This document shows positions 61,906 to 64,000 of a stretch of 64,000 nucleotides of DNA, in pieces. Source of the DNA: an uncultured Gammaproteobacteria bacterium (GTDB lineage Bacteria; Patescibacteriota; Microgenomatia; Levybacterales; GWA1-39-11); assembly GCA_964394645.1 (NCBI GenBank), contig CAYMYC010000001.1, positions 47,241 to 111,240 on the forward strand, read 5' to 3'. Every line of letters starts with the position of its first letter. Positions within the stretch are counted from its first letter, which is position 1. The translations under genes were made by a program, and so were the position numbers. A model generated the notes under the pieces. It worked only from the letters and a program-made list of their open reading frames with translations, did not search any database and had not been told where the DNA came from.

Positions 61906-64000
61906 ATGAATCTGCCCTTCTTAGGTAAAAAAAAAGAAGATAAAGAATACTTTTTAGCTTTACTGCTTTCTTCAAATGAAGTAAGAAGTATTTTATTTGA
62001 GAAAACAGGTGAAAACCTTTCAGTCTTAGGGTCTCACAGTGAAGATTTTGCAGAACAACTAGATACCCTCTCAAGAGATCGTTTAATAGAACTTTCAGAT
62101 ATGGTAATCTCTGAGGTGGAGCGCAAATTACCTGAAGGGTCAAGTCTCCAGAAGGCAATTTTTTCAGTTCCAGATAGATGGATTGAGGACGGTAAAATTA
62201 CCCAAGAACACCTCGCAAAATTAAAAGAATTATGCGATGCCTTGCAGCTTAAAGCTGTTGGGTTTATTGTTTCTATGGAGGCTATAATTGCTTATCTTCA
62301 TAAGAAAGAGGGGGTTCCAGTCACTGCAATTTTTATAGAAGTTGGTAAAAAACATGTTACTTTAAGTCTAGTTAAAAACGGAAACATCCTGAGCGTGTCT
62401 GAGGAAGAGATAGAAGAGGATGCAGTTATTACTGTTGAAAAAATATTATCTACACAGGAAGAATTAGAAATTTTACCTGCTAAAATAATAGTACTTCCCT
62501 TCGAGCACGCAAAAAGAATCCAACAGGAATTTCTTTCTTACTCGTGGAGTAAGAGTATCCAGTTTTTACATATTCCACAAGTTGAAGTTCTTCCATCAGA
62601 AGTAGAAGCACAGGCGGTTATTTCTGGGGTAGCCGTACAGATGGGTTTCAATACGCTTCCCCAAATAAACCTTCAAAAACTTGAAAAATCATCTGAGGAT
62701 GTAGTGGTAGCAGTAAATGAACAGGAAGAGAATAAAACAAACGAAAAAGAAGATATAGACAATGGACCTGGCGAATTTGAAAAAGAGTCCAATAAGGAAG
62801 AAATGGGGAGTGTAGCAGCTGCTGAATCTCTTGGATTTTTTAAAGATATAGATATAGCAAAAAAACAAACTGAAAAACACGAGCTTGAGAATATTCAAGA
62901 AATTTCCGTTAATAACGGAAAAAATATAAAAGAGGAGGATTCTAGCATGGGAAATCATCCAACGCATGCATTATCGGTTAATAATCTGCCACCATTGCCT
63001 CATGTTTCATTCCCTGGTATAAAATTTAAAATTCCAAGAGTTTCTTTACGGGGAAAATCTATGGTTTGGTACCCTATTTTGGGTGTATTTTTATTTGTTC
63101 TTCTAATAGTTTCTTATTATTATTTCTTTGAAAAAGCGCAAGTTATTTTGGTCCTCAGCAAGAAAGATATAAGCAAGAATGTATCAGTTACTTTCTCGCA
63201 AGAAAAACAAACATCTGCGCAAGATTCGGTGGTGCACATAGAAGAACTAGCCGTGCAAGTAGATGGAAAAGAAGAACAAAGTACAACTGGTAAGAAAGAA
63301 ACTGGAGATAAAGCCAAGGGTGAGGTAACAGTTTACAATAAGACTGAAGGGTCAAAAACCTTTGAGAAAGGAGTGATTGTTATAGGCGCAAATAATTTGG
63401 AGTTTAGCTTATTGGAGGATGTTAAGGTCGCATCAACTAGTTCTTTTTCAACTACTTTCAGTAACGCGAAGGGAAAGGTAGAGGCATTGAAATTTGGCAA
63501 GGAATATAATCTTCCCTCTGGAACAAACTTTCAAATAAAAGGGCAGTCTACATCTGATTTTTTTGGCAAGAATGATTCTGCTTTTGCCGGAGGGACTAAA
63601 AAAGAGATAACCGTTGTATCAGAAGATGATATTTCTTCTCTTCAATCAAAGGTTATTTCTACGCTTTCAAAAAAAGCTCAGAATGATATTGCCTCAAAAA
63701 TAGGACAAGATTCGCAAATTCTAGCAACACCACTAGACTATTCATTTGATGAGAAATCGTTTTCAAAAAAAGCAGGCGACGCGGCAGATGCAGTGAGTCT
63801 TACAGCAACCATAACATACAAGATGGGATCTTATAAAAAATCAGATCTTATAATTCTTGCAAAAGATATTACAGGAAGAGATGCTCCTGCGAATTATGTA
63901 TATTCAGGAAAGGACTCAGAAATTAAGGTAGAGGATATTGTGGATAACGAGGCAAACTTTAATGGGAAAATTGTTTTCTCATCTGTTTTTTTGCCCCAGA
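61906..64000 (+). CDS. large membrane protein, partial (runs off the window end): actin-fold-like cytoplasmic N-terminus (FtsA/PilM-like, tentative), acidic linker, one TM helix, extracellular domain
   Basis: ATG at 61906 with no stop through 64000, so it is not in the ORF track. YFLALLLSSNEVRSILFEKTGENLSVLG, KAVGFIVSMEAIIAYL and VTAIFIEVGKKHVTLSLVKNG resemble the phosphate-1, adenosine and phosphate-2 motifs of actin-like ATPases. TM helix MVWYPILGVFLFVLLIVSYYYFF. Confidence 0.55.
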   Translation, partial: MNLPFLGKKKEDKEYFLALLLSSNEVRSILFEKTGENLSVLGSHSEDFAEQLDTLSRDRLIELSDMVISEVERKLPEGSSLQKAIFSVPDRWIEDGKITQEHLAKLKELCDALQLKAVGFIVSMEAIIAYLHKKEGVPVTAIFIEVGKKHVTLSLVKNGNILSVSEEEIEEDAVITVEKILSTQEELEILPAKIIVLPFEHAKRIQQEFLSYSWSKSIQFLHIPQVEVLPSEVEAQAVISGVAVQMGFNTLPQINLQKLEKSSEDVVVAVNEQEENKTNEKEDIDNGPGEFEKESNKEEMGSVAAAESLGFFKDIDIAKKQTEKHELENIQEISVNNGKNIKEEDSSMGNHPTHALSVNNLPPLPHVSFPGIKFKIPRVSLRGKSMVWYPILGVFLFVLLIVSYYYFFEKAQVILVLSKKDISKNVSVTFSQEKQTSAQDSVVHIEELAVQVDGKEEQSTTGKKETGDKAKGEVTVYNKTEGSKTFEKGVIVIGANNLEFSLLEDVKVASTSSFSTTFSNAKGKVEALKFGKEYNLPSGTNFQIKGQSTSDFFGKNDSAFAGGTKKEITVVSEDDISSLQSKVISTLSKKAQNDIASKIGQDSQILATPLDYSFDEKSFSKKAGDAADAVSLTATITYKMGSYKKSDLIILAKDITGRDAPANYVYSGKDSEIKVEDIVDNEANFNGKIVFSSVFLPQ

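Noticed and set aside
61904-62158. 84-aa minus-strand ORF, and similar ones at 62689-62967 and 63120-63317
   Set aside because: They are antisense to the long uninterrupted plus-strand ORF that starts at 61906.
1-64000. tRNA, rRNA, transposase and integrase genes
   Set aside because: Scanning intergenic regions found no tRNA T-arm (GGTTCGAATCC-like) or rRNA signatures, and no transposase or integrase-like ORFs. None are reported.

Overview
The window is 64 kb of a low-GC, gene-dense bacterial chromosome using the standard genetic code, with Shine-Dalgarno sites present. Several housekeeping proteins are unusually short: IF-2 is 493 aa, AlaRS 622 aa and HrcA 239 aa. That pattern suggests a reduced-genome lineage, possibly CPR/Patescibacteria-like; this is an inference from the sequence alone.

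Gene content in order:
- A minus-strand pyrimidine operon, pyrB-carA-carB-pyrC. pyrC runs off the window start and is absent from the ORF track.
- A heat-shock locus, hrcA-grpE-dnaK, preceded by a CIRCE-like operator that overlaps a near-consensus sigma-70 promoter. dnaJ is displaced about 8 kb downstream.
- An insertion between dnaK and dnaJ: a hypothetical gene, a TrbC/VirB2-like pilin gene, a VirB6/TrbL-like polytopic membrane protein gene carrying a C10 homopolymer, an Hsp100/Clp ATPase lacking the long M-domain, and a membrane-anchored subtilase.
- After dnaJ, a second Hsp100 paralog that appears membrane-anchored and has a catalytically degenerate first AAA module.
- A D-2-hydroxyacid dehydrogenase.
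- A cluster of secreted, surface-type proteins that share an Asn/Thr/Gly-rich repeat, preceded in places by a CxC motif.
- queA-tgt, with a perfect 34-bp tandem duplication in the tgt promoter region.
- A standalone Cas4-like PD-(D/E)xK nuclease.
- An AlkA-like glycosylase.
- A DUF2130-like coiled-coil protein paired with an NTPase/OmpR-winged-helix regulator.
- Two tiny tandem ORFs.
- A CAP-domain protein, an ArsR regulator, and a MutY/EndoIII-like glycosylase with no Fe-S cysteines.
- A five-gene efflux locus: a YknXYZ-like ABC system with a periplasmic adaptor, plus a second adaptor and an RND pump.
- nusA (with a terminator-like leader hairpin), infB, and a DHH-like protein with degenerate catalytic motifs.
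- rpsO and pnp (PNPase has an RG-rich tail).
- A Lon homolog reduced to its AAA+ core, followed by the decayed relic of an alpha/beta-hydrolase gene.
- rnj, ftsK, a rodZ-like gene, a DUF948/YtxH-like pair, yvcK, nth, a K/E-rich hypothetical, and alaS.
- A long partial ORF encoding an actin-fold-like N-terminus, one TM helix and an extracellular domain, running off the window end.

No rRNA, tRNA, CRISPR array, transposase or integrase was recognised.

The candidates most worth follow-up:
- the orphan pilin/VirB6-like pair embedded among Hsp100 and subtilase genes;
- the pseudo-ATPase membrane Hsp100;
- the shared-repeat surface proteins;
- the protease-less Lon;
- the phase-variation-type C10 tract.
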